Below are positions 27,603 through 37,363 of a stretch of DNA of 44,162 nucleotides, in pieces. The first letter of the stretch is position 1. Each line of letters begins with the position of its first letter. The notes beneath the pieces were generated by a model. It did not search any database. It worked only from the letters and a program-made list of their open reading frames with translations, and had not been told where the DNA came from. This DNA is from Spirochaetales bacterium (GTDB lineage Bacteria > Spirochaetota > Spirochaetia > DSM-27196 > SLST01): NCBI GenBank assembly GCA_007130265.1, contig SLST01000114.1, positions 1 to 44,162 on the forward strand, given 5' to 3'. Both the position numbers and the translations under genes were made by a program.

Positions 27603-29105
27603 ATGAAGAAGCGGCCGAACCTGATCTATGTCCTTGCGGATGATCTGGGCTATGGCGACGTCTCGTGTCTCAACGAGCGCGCCGCATGGCGGACTCCAGC
27701 GTTCGATCGTCTTGCCGCCGAAGGAATGAGTTTCACCGATGCGCATGCGTCCTCTGCAGTGTGTACACCCTCGAGGTACTCGATCCTGACTGGACGGTAC
27801 AATTGGCGATCGCGGCTCAAGCAGTCGGTCATGGGCGGATACTCGCCACCGTTGATCGAGGATGGACGATCGACGGTCGGCTCAATGCTACGCGAGGCAG
27901 GGTACCGGACCGCCTGCATCGGCAAGTGGCACTTGGGTATGGACTGGGCCCGCAGCAGAACGGTTCCAGAGGCGCCTCAGTTCGGTCACACGGAGGGCGT
28001 CGAATTCGACCGCCCTATCTCAAACGGGCCGGTAACGCGTGGCTTCGACTATTTCTACGGCATTGCCGCCTCTCTGGATATGCCGCCGTATGTGTACATA
28101 GAGAACGAAAGGGCAACCGAAGTCCCGGATCACGACTCCGAGAATACCGGCCAGCAGGTATGGCGTGAGGGTCCCACCGCGCCGGGATTTCGGCACGATG
28201 AAGTCCTTCCACGCCTGACGAAGAAGGCGCTTGAGATCATCGATGCGTGGGCCGACGAGCCTTTCTTTCTCTACTTCGCGCTGCCAGCGCCACACACCCC
28301 AATACTCCCGGTGGGTGACTTTGTCGGCAAGAGTGGGACCACGGCCTACGGCGACTTCGTGCTGATGTGTGACGACGTGGTCGCCCAACTGACCTCCGGG
28401 CTCGAGGAAAAAGGCATCGCGGAGGACACCATCTTTGTCTTTACGAGCGATAACGGTTGTTCACCAATGGCCGACTTCAAGGCGCTTGCCCGGTACGATC
28501 ACAACCCTAGCTATGTCTTTCGTGGCGCCAAGGCCGACATCTACGAAGGTGGGCACCGGATTCCACTCCTCGTTCGCTGGCCCGCTCAGATACGGGCCGG
28601 CAGCCGCTGCGACCAGACAGTGTGTCTCGCGGATCTCTACGCGACCATGGCGGAAGTTACCGGGACATTCGTCCCGGACGAGGCGGGCGAAGACAGCGTC
28701 AGCAATCTGCCACTCTGGATGGAGTCGGCGGGCGATGCTTCCTTGCGGGAGGCAACGGTACACCATTCCATCGACGGATCCTTCTCGCTTCGCAAGGGCA
28801 GGTGGAAGCTCGAGCTCTGTCCGGGATCCGGCGGGTGGAGCGAGCCGCGACCGGGCGAGGAGCCTCCGGGCTCGCCGGAGTTCCAGCTCTACGACCTGGA
28901 GTCAGACGTAGGAGAGCGGCGGAATCTCGTAGATGAGCACCCTGAGGTCGTCGATGAGCTCAGGGCCCTTCTTGCTGAGTACGTTGTGAACGGTCGAAGC
29001 ACGCCCGGCAAGCCGCAGAAGAACACCGCACCCGAGTGGTGGGAACAGCTGAAATGGATGGAGCGGGACTATTCCACGCCCTTGAGCGAGAGCTCATCCG
29101 AATAG
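27603..29105 (+). CDS. Arylsulfatase (S1, Cys-type), paralog of 25869..27461
   Basis: [52 protein letters not shown]. Confidence 0.95.
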   Translation: MKKRPNLIYVLADDLGYGDVSCLNERAAWRTPAFDRLAAEGMSFTDAHASSAVCTPSRYSILTGRYNWRSRLKQSVMGGYSPPLIEDGRSTVGSMLREAGYRTACIGKWHLGMDWARSRTVPEAPQFGHTEGVEFDRPISNGPVTRGFDYFYGIAASLDMPPYVYIENERATEVPDHDSENTGQQVWREGPTAPGFRHDEVLPRLTKKALEIIDAWADEPFFLYFALPAPHTPILPVGDFVGKSGTTAYGDFVLMCDDVVAQLTSGLEEKGIAEDTIFVFTSDNGCSPMADFKALARYDHNPSYVFRGAKADIYEGGHRIPLLVRWPAQIRAGSRCDQTVCLADLYATMAEVTGTFVPDEAGEDSVSNLPLWMESAGDASLREATVHHSIDGSFSLRKGRWKLELCPGSGGWSEPRPGEEPPGSPEFQLYDLESDVGERRNLVDEHPEVVDELRALLAEYVVNGRSTPGKPQKNTAPEWWEQLKWMERDYSTPLSESSSE

Positions 29106-30112
29106 TGACACGCAGCGTAGTGGTCCGGCGAGACCTCGCGCCATTGAGGTACTTCAGTCCGGCAACGGTCGGTCGCATGCCCGCACCGGGGATGGAACGG
29201 GCAGCCGGAGGGTACTGCAGCGGGGTTCGCTACCTCGCCGGGCAGTACGATTCGGTTCGTTCTCCAATCCGGATCGGGACGCGGAACGGCAGAGAGCAGG
29301 GCCTCGGTGTACGGATGCTTGGGGTTGACGAATAGCTCTTCAGTACGGGCCATCTCCACGGTTTTGCCCACGTACATGACCATCACCCGGTCGCTGATGT
29401 GTTCGACCACGCTCAGGTTGTGCGCGATGAACATATAGGTCAAGTGGAACTCCTGCTGCAGATCCTGCAGCAGATTCAGAATCTGCGCCTGGATGGAGAC
29501 GTCGAGAGCGCTCACCGCCTCGTCGCAGACGATCAGCTGTGGATTCGTGGACAACGCCCGAGCGATGCCGATCCGCTGCCGCTGGCCGCCGCTGAACGCG
29601 TGAGGGTAACGGTTGAGGTGCTTGACCTCGAGTCCGACCACCCCCATCAGATAGCGAACCCGATCCTTCAGCCCGTCTCCGGATGCAAGCCCGCTGACCC
29701 GCAGTGGCTCACCGACGATATCCAGGATCGTCATACGTGGATCGAGCGAACTGTAGGGATCCTGAAAGATCATCTGGGCATGCCGTCGAATGCGGCGAAG
29801 CTCTCGATTGTCGAGTGAGGTGACATCCACCTCTTCGCCTCCATTCAGCCTGAACGTTACTCTGCCGTCGGTGGGCTCGATCGCACGCAGAATACACCGA
29901 CCAAGTGTGGTCTTGCCGCAACCGCTCTCTCCCACAACCCCGAGAGTCTCGCCGCGGTTGATGAAGAGGCTGACGTCGTCGACAGCTTTCACATGACCGA
30001 GCACCTTCCTCATGAAGCCCTTCTCGATCGGGAAGAACTTCCTCAGGTGCTCTACCTGCAGAAGTCGCTGATCCTGACCGGTAGTCGGCGCTGCGTTCAC
30101 TTCGGCGCTCAT
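29069..30112 (-). CDS. Opp/Dpp-type ABC ATP-binding protein (OppF-like)
   Basis: [31 protein letters not shown], Cys-rich C-terminus GCPFHPRC. Confidence 0.95.
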   Translation of the reverse strand: MSAEVNAAPTTGQDQRLLQVEHLRKFFPIEKGFMRKVLGHVKAVDDVSLFINRGETLGVVGESGCGKTTLGRCILRAIEPTDGRVTFRLNGGEEVDVTSLDNRELRRIRRHAQMIFQDPYSSLDPRMTILDIVGEPLRVSGLASGDGLKDRVRYLMGVVGLEVKHLNRYPHAFSGGQRQRIGIARALSTNPQLIVCDEAVSALDVSIQAQILNLLQDLQQEFHLTYMFIAHNLSVVEHISDRVMVMYVGKTVEMARTEELFVNPKHPYTEALLSAVPRPDPDWRTNRIVLPGEVANPAAVPSGCPFHPRCGHATDRCRTEVPQWREVSPDHYAACHYSDELSLKGVE

Positions 30113-31209
30113 AGCTGGCTTCCCTCGGCTAGCGGTTCTTCATGCGGCGCCCCTGCAGACCTCCGTCGACGTGTCTTGCGAAGCTGCTTCGAAGTCTCAG
30201 TCGGTCTCGACTCCTGTCCTTCACTGTGCAGGAAGCATCGAACCCTGTGCCCGTCACCCATGTCGACCAGAGCGGGCACTGCCACATCGCAATGTCCGGC
30301 CTTCCGGTCCGGGCACCGATTCCAGAAACCGCACCGCCATGGTGGGTTGATTGGTATCGGGACAGTTCCGCTTATGGCATCCAGACGAACGCGGGCCTTC
30401 CGTCCGAGCATCGGTATACTTTTCAGAAGCCCGCGCGTGTAGGGATGGAGCGGAGAGTGGAAGATCTGCCGGGTAGTCCCTTGTTCCACGACACGGCCCA
30501 GGTACATCACCGCGACCTCGTCGGCAATCTCGGCGATGACGCCAAGATCATGCGTGATGTAGAGTATGCTCATCCCGTACAGATCCTGCAATTCGCGCAT
30601 CAACTCGAGTATCTGTGCCTGGACTGTCACGTCGAGCGCGGTGGTCGGCTCGTCGGCGATCAGCAGTGTTGGACGGCACGACAATGCCATCGCGATCATC
30701 GCTCGCTGCCGCATCCCACCGGAGAACTGGTGCGGATACTCATCTATTCTCTGTCTGGGATTACTGATTCCCACTCGTTCGAGCATCTCAAGCGTTATCT
30801 CCCTGGCTTCCCGGTCGTTCGGCGTCCGGTGCAGCAGAATCGCCTCCATGATCTGGTTGCCGATTGTGTGGACCGGCGATAGGCTGGTCATGGGCTCCTG
30901 GAAGATCATCGATATATGCCTGCCTCGGATCGAGCGCATTCTTTCGCCACTCTGATCGAGTGCCGTGAGGTCGACCGGCTCCTCCTCATCGGTCTGCAAG
31001 AGGATCTGTCCTCCGACGATCTGCCCTGGATTGGGGACGATCCGGAGGATACTCTGCGCGGTGACGCTCTTACCGCAACCACTTTCGCCGATGATACCGA
31101 GCGTACGCTTTGAGGCGACGTCGAAGCTCACACCATCGACAGCCTTCAGAACTCCGTCATCGAGGTTGAAGTAGGTACGCAGGTTGTTCACTTCTATAAC
31201 GCTACTCAA
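30109..31209 (-). CDS. Opp/Dpp-type ABC ATP-binding protein (OppD-like)
   Basis: [28 protein letters not shown]; probable TTG start at 31209 after GGGGAG. Confidence 0.92.
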   Translation of the reverse strand: MSSVIEVNNLRTYFNLDDGVLKAVDGVSFDVASKRTLGIIGESGCGKSVTAQSILRIVPNPGQIVGGQILLQTDEEEPVDLTALDQSGERMRSIRGRHISMIFQEPMTSLSPVHTIGNQIMEAILLHRTPNDREAREITLEMLERVGISNPRQRIDEYPHQFSGGMRQRAMIAMALSCRPTLLIADEPTTALDVTVQAQILELMRELQDLYGMSILYITHDLGVIAEIADEVAVMYLGRVVEQGTTRQIFHSPLHPYTRGLLKSIPMLGRKARVRLDAISGTVPIPINPPWRCGFWNRCPDRKAGHCDVAVPALVDMGDGHRVRCFLHSEGQESRPTETSKQLRKTRRRRSAGAPHEEPLAEGSQL

Positions 31210-31235
31210 AATCTCCCCTCGTTTCGCGTCCCGGC

Positions 31236-32369
31236 TCACTTGTACGGATCGGCAGCGTCGCGCAACCCGTCGCCCAGAAAGTTGATCGCAAGCACCGCAA
31301 CAATTACGAAGAGCGCCGGTAGGAGCAGCCACGGATGAAGCGCGACCGTCTGTACGCTCTGTGCGCTCTGGAGCAACACTCCCCAGCTGACCGCAGGCGC
31401 TCGTAATCCAACCCCAATGAAGCTCAGCGCCGTCTCCCCAAGAATCATCGTGGGAATGCGCAGCGTCATGTTCACAATGAGGTAGCTCATGAACGAAGGC
31501 AGGAGATGTTTGGCGATGATCCCGGCGTCCGTCATGCCCGCGATCCGTGCAGCCATCACGAAGTCCTCCTTCCTCACCTGGAGCAACTTGCCTCGCACGA
31601 CGCGAGCCTGTCCGGTCCACGCCATCGTCGCGAGCACGATGGTGATCCCGAAGTAGACCCGCACTATCGGCCAGTCCGGCGGCAGGGCTGCTGCAAGCGC
31701 GAGCCAGAACGGTATCTGCGGAATCGCCAGCAAGAACTCGATCAGCCGTTGGATAACCATATCCACGTAGCCGCCATAGTAGCCTGCGAGTCCCCCGAAT
31801 ATGCACCCCAGGACGAATGCGATCAACACGCCAATCAACCCGACTGACAACGAGAGCCGCGCGGCGTACAGATTCCGGGTGAACAGGTCACGGCCCATGC
31901 TGTCGGTTCCGAACAGGAAGATTACTCCCCCGGGTTCGACACCGAACAGGTGGATATCGGTCTCGACGAGACCCCAGAAACGATACGGTGTCCCCCGGGT
32001 GAAGTAACGGATTGGGTAGACTTCTGAGGTATCGTCCTCGTAGACGCGTCTGAACGTCGCGCGATCGAGGGTTCCGCGGTACCCATAGACGAACCCACCG
32101 GGGTAGAACCGTCCATCCTGGTCGAAGAACCGGACGCGCATCGGTGGGCTGTAGATGTAGTCCGAGAAGCGTTGTGTGGGAGTGTACGGAGCGAGAAACC
32201 CACAGAAGATCCCCACCAGGTACATGAAGGCAATCACTACCAGTCCAGCAATGGCAAGTTTGTGCTTGAAGAACTTTCTTCTAATCAGCACCCACTGGGA
32301 TGCCATGTAGTACGATTCTTCCTGCGTTGCCTCTTCTGCCGTTGTGAGCACTTTCGATTCGTCAGTCAT
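31236..32369 (-). CDS. Opp/Dpp-type ABC permease (OppC-like)
   Basis: FGTDSMGRDLF, DFVMAARIAG, ETALSFIGVG, NFLGDGLRDAADP; AAGGA SD. Confidence 0.93.
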   Translation of the reverse strand: MTDESKVLTTAEEATQEESYYMASQWVLIRRKFFKHKLAIAGLVVIAFMYLVGIFCGFLAPYTPTQRFSDYIYSPPMRVRFFDQDGRFYPGGFVYGYRGTLDRATFRRVYEDDTSEVYPIRYFTRGTPYRFWGLVETDIHLFGVEPGGVIFLFGTDSMGRDLFTRNLYAARLSLSVGLIGVLIAFVLGCIFGGLAGYYGGYVDMVIQRLIEFLLAIPQIPFWLALAAALPPDWPIVRVYFGITIVLATMAWTGQARVVRGKLLQVRKEDFVMAARIAGMTDAGIIAKHLLPSFMSYLIVNMTLRIPTMILGETALSFIGVGLRAPAVSWGVLLQSAQSVQTVALHPWLLLPALFVIVAVLAINFLGDGLRDAADPYK

Positions 32370-33345
32370 ATCGAATCCTTGGATCAAGCGCTGCGAGCAA
32401 TATGTCGGAGATGAACATGCCGAGGATCGTCAGTGCGCTGAGCAGCATGAGAATGGATGCGGAAAGATACATGTCCTGACTCAGGAGCCCCTGGAGCAGC
32501 AACGGTCCAACGGTCGGTAGATCAAGTACGAGCGCGACGATCGTCTCGCCCGACACGATCGCCGGCAGGACCCAACCGATCGTACTGACGATCGGGTTCA
32601 GGGCAATTCGTACTGGGTACTTGAACAGGATAGTCCGCTCGTCCACACCCTTGGTTCGGGCGGTTATGACGTACTGTTTGGACAGCTCGTCGAGAAGCGT
32701 TGCACGCATCACCCGGATTATGCTCGCCGTGCCGGCGGTGCCAATGACGATGACCGGAATCGGGAGGTGTTTGATGAGGTCCCAGACCTTCCCCCAACTC
32801 CACGCTGCCCGCAGGTACTCAGGCGAGAAAAGTCCGCCCACGCTCATACCGAGGTAGCGATAGGAGACAAACATCAGGATCAATGCCAGCAGGAAGTTAG
32901 GTACGGCAAGGCCGACGAATCCGACCACGGTCGCAGCGTAGTCACCAATGGAGTACTGTCGCGTGGCAGAATATATCCCGATGGGAATCGCGACGGCGTA
33001 CGTGAACAGGAGGGTGATCAAACTGATCGTGACCGTCAGGGCAAGACGTTCACCAATAAGCGCAGCTACCGGACGGTTGTACTGAAAAGAAATCCCGAAG
33101 TTCCCTCGAAGCGCGGAGCTGATCCAGCGGAAATACTGAACGTAGACGGGCCGATCCAGCCCGTACGCCGCCCGCATGGCCGCAATCTCCTCGCGGCTCA
33201 CTTCCGCGTCCATCTCCTGTCTCGAAGCTATATAGGTTGATAAAAAGTCACCGGGCGGAAGCTGAATGACCATAAACGACACGATCGACACAAGAAGCAG
33301 GAGAACAAAGGTGTAGAGCACTCTTCGGACAAGATAGCGGGTCAC
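32362..33345 (-). CDS. Opp/Dpp-type ABC permease (OppB-like)
   Basis: IQLPPGD, YGLDRP, YVITARTKGV, ALDPRIR; GTG start with AGGAGG. Confidence 0.93.
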   Translation of the reverse strand: MTRYLVRRVLYTFVLLLLVSIVSFMVIQLPPGDFLSTYIASRQEMDAEVSREEIAAMRAAYGLDRPVYVQYFRWISSALRGNFGISFQYNRPVAALIGERLALTVTISLITLLFTYAVAIPIGIYSATRQYSIGDYAATVVGFVGLAVPNFLLALILMFVSYRYLGMSVGGLFSPEYLRAAWSWGKVWDLIKHLPIPVIVIGTAGTASIIRVMRATLLDELSKQYVITARTKGVDERTILFKYPVRIALNPIVSTIGWVLPAIVSGETIVALVLDLPTVGPLLLQGLLSQDMYLSASILMLLSALTILGMFISDILLAALDPRIRYD

Positions 33346-33421
33346 GGACGCTCGCCTCCTGGAGCACTGCTCGCCATTCGGTCACAGGCAGTTATCACTA
33401 TTTGCGGAAACGGACCTGGGG

Positions 33422-33481
33422 ATTTAAGCATGACTCAGGCCGGTTGTCAAGCTTGACGGTATGCCGATACTGGCCTACAGT
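33422..33481. promoter_or_regulatory. Back-to-back sigma70 promoters: minus TTGACA-N17-TTAAAT (permeases) and plus TTGACG-N17-TACAGT (SBP)
   Basis: The -35 boxes are 2 bp apart and form the palindrome GTCAAGCTTGAC (33446-33457); the plus promoter is conserved in the paralog at 38961. Confidence 0.7.
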
Positions 33482-33487
33482 AACGAT

Positions 33488-33720
33488 TGGACGGTGCTGT
33501 CATGCCGACTGTCAGGCAAATCGCTAGACATATGAGCTTCGCTGATCGCAATTCTGCTGGCTTGTTACCTTCTTCTGTCAGAGTGATGCTCATGGAATCC
33601 AGCACGGCCTCATCCTATTTGTATATATCAAAAGGAGATGCAGACGGGAGCATTGGCTGCCGTGACGACGAGGGGGCATCGAGTTTCCTCGTCGAGATGT
33701 TCCAGTAGAGGAGGGACACG
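33488..33720 (+). ncRNA. Candidate structured cis-regulatory 5' leader, copy A
   Basis: Helices shared with copy B with compensatory changes (see findings); family not recognised. Confidence 0.5.
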
Positions 33721-35709
33721 ATGAAAAGGTTTCTGTTGATGCCGACTCTGATGGTGCTGCTCGCGCTGTCCGCTTTCGGCGGGGCGCAGCCGGAAGAAGT
33801 GCAACCGGCCACAGCACCCGGAGTTGATGCGGAAGTGTGGGAGACCCCGGCGGTGTACGCAACCCCTGGGGATTTCCAGCGAGAGACCGGCGCTCAGTTG
33901 CCGCCGTACAATGAAGCGCCTGTCTTCCGGGAGCGAGTCGAGACGGGAGAACTGCCGCCAGTCGAAGACCGGCTGCCGGTAGAACCGCTCGTCGTGCGGC
34001 CGTGGAACCAGATAGGCACGTACAGCGAACGGGAGATCAGCGGGGACTCGGGAGATATTGCTTGCGCGAATGCACAGCATCTTCTGGAGATCATCGCGCC
34101 GGACTTCGCCACGCCGGTCCCGAACGTGTTGAAAGGGTACGTCCTCTCAAGCGATGCACGCAGCATAACGCTGCACCTTCGGGAAGGTCTGCGTTGGTCC
34201 GACGGCCATCCGCATACCGCCGACGACTTTGTGTTCTGGTATGAGGACGTTCTGAACAACTCGCAGCTCACACCCGCAAGACCGGCGATCTACACCTCGG
34301 GCGGTGAGTTCATGGATCTGACGAAGATTGACGACTACACCGTGCGGCTCGACTTCGCAGAGCCGTATCCGGCCATTACTGACGTCCTCGCAAGCGACCA
34401 ATGGTGGCAATACCCCATTCCGCCAAAGCACTACATGCAGCAGTGGCATATCGATTACAACCCGGATGCAGACGAGCTTGCGCGCGAGGAAGGGTTTGAG
34501 ACGTGGTACCAAGCATTCCTGATGCACAATACTACCGGGGCAGGCCAGCAGGACGTCGATCGTCCCGTTGTCTACCCGTGGAAACTCGTATCGATCGACA
34601 GCGCACAGAACCAGTATTGGGAGAGAAACCCGTACTTCTGGAAGGTCGATATCGCCGGCAACCAGCTGCCCTACATCGGACGCCTGAACGGTGTGCAGGT
34701 CGGGGATGCCCAGACCAAGCAGCTGCGCGTTATCTCCGGAGCCTTCCAGATTGGAGGCATCCTTCAGCCGCTGGCCTCTTATCCTCTCTATCTGGACAAC
34801 GCTGAGCGGGGAGATTACCGCGTGATGCTATGGGACGATCCTCGCGGCGCTTTTCGCGGTGCAGTTACGCTGAACCAGACGTCCAAGGATCCGGTGAAGC
34901 GTGAACTGTTCAGTGAGCTGAGGTTTAGACAGGCGCTGTCACTTGCGATCGACCGAGACGACGTGAATGAGACCTTGTTCTTCGGTCTGGGGGAACCGCG
35001 GCAGCCAGCCCCACCACCACCGGCCAGCCAATTCTACGAAGAGTGGATGAGGGATCACTACGCTGAGTACGATCCCGCCCGGTCGAACGCGCTGCTTGAT
35101 GAGATGGGGCTTCAGTGGGATGGCAGGCGGCAGTACCGTCTCCGACCTGACGGAGAACCACTCTCCATAAATCTCCAGTTCGTTGGGCAGTTTGATGGTA
35201 TTGCTCAGCTACTGCAGGAGTATTGGCAAGCGGTCGGGGTTAGAGTGGCTCTGCGAGAGGTCACCGGTGCAATGTGGACCCAGCTCGTGGACGCCAACGA
35301 TACGGATCTCGGAATTTGGTCAGTCGAGAATACTGACTTTGGAATGAGGCGAACTGGAGCGTCACCGGCGCGGCCACCGTGGACAGGAGCAAACGTACCT
35401 TGGGACCTCTGGTATGTCACGGGAGGAGCATCCGGTGAGGAGCCTCCCGAGGCTGTTCGAGAGCTGTACGCTTTGATCGATGAGTGGACACTGACGATTC
35501 CCGGCACTGAAAGGTACGTTGAGCTCGGAAAGGAAATCTGGAGAATCAACATAGAGAATCTTTTCATGATTGGCGCGGTCGGCCTTGTCCCGTACCCGGT
35601 CATCATCTCCAACAGTCTGGGTAACACAATGCCGGACGAGAGTCTCTGGAGCCCGAGTTTCCAACAGTGGGTTCCGTACATGGCTGAACAGTGGTTCTTC
35701 GTCGATTGA
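33721..35709 (+). CDS. ABC solute-binding protein, family 5 (OppA/DppA-like, probably oligosaccharide-binding), copy A
   Basis: Signal peptide; GELPPVEDRLPVEP, LREGLRWSDGHPHTADDFVFW, ERNPYFWKVD..GNQLPYI, FRQALSLAIDR; AGAGGAGG SD. Confidence 0.93.
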   Translation: MKRFLLMPTLMVLLALSAFGGAQPEEVQPATAPGVDAEVWETPAVYATPGDFQRETGAQLPPYNEAPVFRERVETGELPPVEDRLPVEPLVVRPWNQIGTYSEREISGDSGDIACANAQHLLEIIAPDFATPVPNVLKGYVLSSDARSITLHLREGLRWSDGHPHTADDFVFWYEDVLNNSQLTPARPAIYTSGGEFMDLTKIDDYTVRLDFAEPYPAITDVLASDQWWQYPIPPKHYMQQWHIDYNPDADELAREEGFETWYQAFLMHNTTGAGQQDVDRPVVYPWKLVSIDSAQNQYWERNPYFWKVDIAGNQLPYIGRLNGVQVGDAQTKQLRVISGAFQIGGILQPLASYPLYLDNAERGDYRVMLWDDPRGAFRGAVTLNQTSKDPVKRELFSELRFRQALSLAIDRDDVNETLFFGLGEPRQPAPPPPASQFYEEWMRDHYAEYDPARSNALLDEMGLQWDGRRQYRLRPDGEPLSINLQFVGQFDGIAQLLQEYWQAVGVRVALREVTGAMWTQLVDANDTDLGIWSVENTDFGMRRTGASPARPPWTGANVPWDLWYVTGGASGEEPPEAVRELYALIDEWTLTIPGTERYVELGKEIWRINIENLFMIGAVGLVPYPVIISNSLGNTMPDESLWSPSFQQWVPYMAEQWFFVD

Positions 35710-35723
35710 TTGGTTCATATTCT

Positions 35724-35749
35724 ACCGCTACCGGCCGGCCGGTAGCGGT
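35724..35749. terminator. Perfect 26-bp palindrome after SBP A (stabiliser or leaky terminator)
   Basis: ACCGCTACCGGCC|GGCCGGTAGCGGT; no U tract. Confidence 0.55.
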
Positions 35750-35920
35750 GTGTGCAGTCCCGTGCGGTGCTGGTCTCAATGAGAGGCCAATGGACGACGA
35801 TCAACGAAATGTGTCTGAGGGAGCGTTGATACCGCATAGTAGAACCTCCGGAACGCATCTCTTTGTGATTGGGGCAAAGACGATCGGCCAAGCGCGATCA
35901 TTCCGTATGAGGAGGTTTCT

Positions 35921-37363
35921 GTGATCAGCCGCCTACCGAATATTGTTCTGATCATGTGCGATGATCTCGGTTACGGGGACACTGGGTTCAACGGTAACGA
36001 GGTAATACGAACCCCCAATCTGGATGAACTTCGTTCCGAAGGAGCACGCTTCACCAGGTTCTTCGCCGGAGGTCCTGTCTGCTCTCCTACACGTGGCACC
36101 TGCCTGACGGGACGCCATTATTCACGCTATGGCATCACGCACGCGAACAAGGGGCGTCTTCCGACGCAGGAGATATCGCTGGGCGTGGCCTGTAAGCAGT
36201 GCGGCTATCGGACCGGCCATTTCGGCAAATGGCATCTTGGCACCCTCACCACGGATATCCCCGACAGCAGGAGAGGCGGTCCAGATCATCTGCATGAGTA
36301 TTCACCACCATGGTTGCATGGGTTTGACACCTGCTTCTCCACAGAAGCCAGAGTGCCAACCTGGGACCCGATGGTGACACCAGATGAGATTGGTCCGAAA
36401 GGGCAAAAGCACGGAGTGCCCGGCTCACCTTTCGGCGCTTTCTACTGGAATCAGGAAGGAACTATCGCAAAAGACAACCTTCGAGGCGACGACTCAAGGG
36501 TGATCATGGACAGGGTGGAGCCCTTCGTGCGCGAATGCGCTTCCGCCGACGAACCCTTCCTCGCGGTCGTCTGGTTTCACACGCCGCACACGCCGGTTGT
36601 TGCCGGCCCCGAATACCGGGCTATGTACTCGCGCTTCAGCGATGACGAGCAGCACTATTACGGGTGCGTTACTGCGATGGACGAGCAAGTAGGCAGACTT
36701 AACCGCTTGCTCAAGGAGCTTGGGCTCGAGGATAGAACGATGCTCTGGTTCTGTTCGGATAACGGTCCTGAAGGTTCGGAGAACGTCTCTCAGAACGGAC
36801 GTAACAGGGGCAGTACCGGAGGCCTCAGAGGACGCAAGCGTAGCCTCTTTAACGGCGGTATTGGCGTGCCGGCATTGCTGAAATGGCCTGGGCCCGTTTC
36901 TCCAGGAACCCAATACGATATGCCCTGCAGCACCCTGGACTATTTCCCGACGATCACTGAACTCATTGGCTTCACCGTGCCCGACAACAGACCCATTGAC
37001 GGCATCAGCCTCCTACCACTCATAGACAGCCAGTTGTCGATACGCCCGAAGCCGATTCCTTACCGCTTCATGGAAAGGAGGGACTCGATGTTCGGATCGC
37101 CGACACACGCCCTCATAGACAGTCAGCACAAATATCTAACGAACTTTTCGGCTGATGGGTCCGAGGACATGCTCTTCAACATTGACTCGGATGTCAATGA
37201 ATGTACAAGTATCCTGAGTGGCTGTCCGGACCGTGTACGTGAGATGCGCGAACACCTGCAGAGCTTCATCGAGTCCTGCCGAAGAAGCCACTACGGGCAC
37301 GACTATCCAGAGCCGAGCGAACCCATAGAAGACTTTCAGGAGATCACCGGGACGTGGCGATGA
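35921..37363 (+). CDS. Sulfatase (S1, Cys-type; GalNAc-6-sulfatase-like)
   Basis: PNIVLIMCDDLGYGD, CSPTRGTCLTGR, GKWHLG, CSDNG, GRKRSL; GTG start with GAGGAGG. Confidence 0.93.
   Translation: MISRLPNIVLIMCDDLGYGDTGFNGNEVIRTPNLDELRSEGARFTRFFAGGPVCSPTRGTCLTGRHYSRYGITHANKGRLPTQEISLGVACKQCGYRTGHFGKWHLGTLTTDIPDSRRGGPDHLHEYSPPWLHGFDTCFSTEARVPTWDPMVTPDEIGPKGQKHGVPGSPFGAFYWNQEGTIAKDNLRGDDSRVIMDRVEPFVRECASADEPFLAVVWFHTPHTPVVAGPEYRAMYSRFSDDEQHYYGCVTAMDEQVGRLNRLLKELGLEDRTMLWFCSDNGPEGSENVSQNGRNRGSTGGLRGRKRSLFNGGIGVPALLKWPGPVSPGTQYDMPCSTLDYFPTITELIGFTVPDNRPIDGISLLPLIDSQLSIRPKPIPYRFMERRDSMFGSPTHALIDSQHKYLTNFSADGSEDMLFNIDSDVNECTSILSGCPDRVREMREHLQSFIESCRRSHYGHDYPEPSEPIEDFQEITGTWR

Larger units (their letters stand above)
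33453..35709 (+). repeat. Diverged direct duplication, copy A (promoter + leader + SBP); copy B at 38961..41217
   Basis: Same 5508-bp offset at the -35 box, the ATG and the stop codon; both proteins are 662 aa. Confidence 0.9.

Noticed and set aside
29069-29105. 37-bp convergent overlap of the sulfatase and OppF-like genes
   Set aside because: Short tail-to-tail overlaps are ordinary
31210-31806. 199-aa N-terminal extension of the OppD-like ORF
   Set aside because: Alternative frame overlapping OppC; an SD and TTG at 31209 give a normal-length ATPase
33488-33720. T-box or cobalamin riboswitch identity for the leader (GGTGC, GCTGA, CAGAG words)
   Set aside because: No GGTGGnACCGCG T-box, motif order reversed relative to Stem I, no B12 box or GGGAA core, and no terminator
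35800-35830. Hammerhead ribozyme (CGAAA and CTGAGG words in a three-way junction)
   Set aside because: The CUGAnGA core is not matched and the elements lie in a loop in the wrong arrangement
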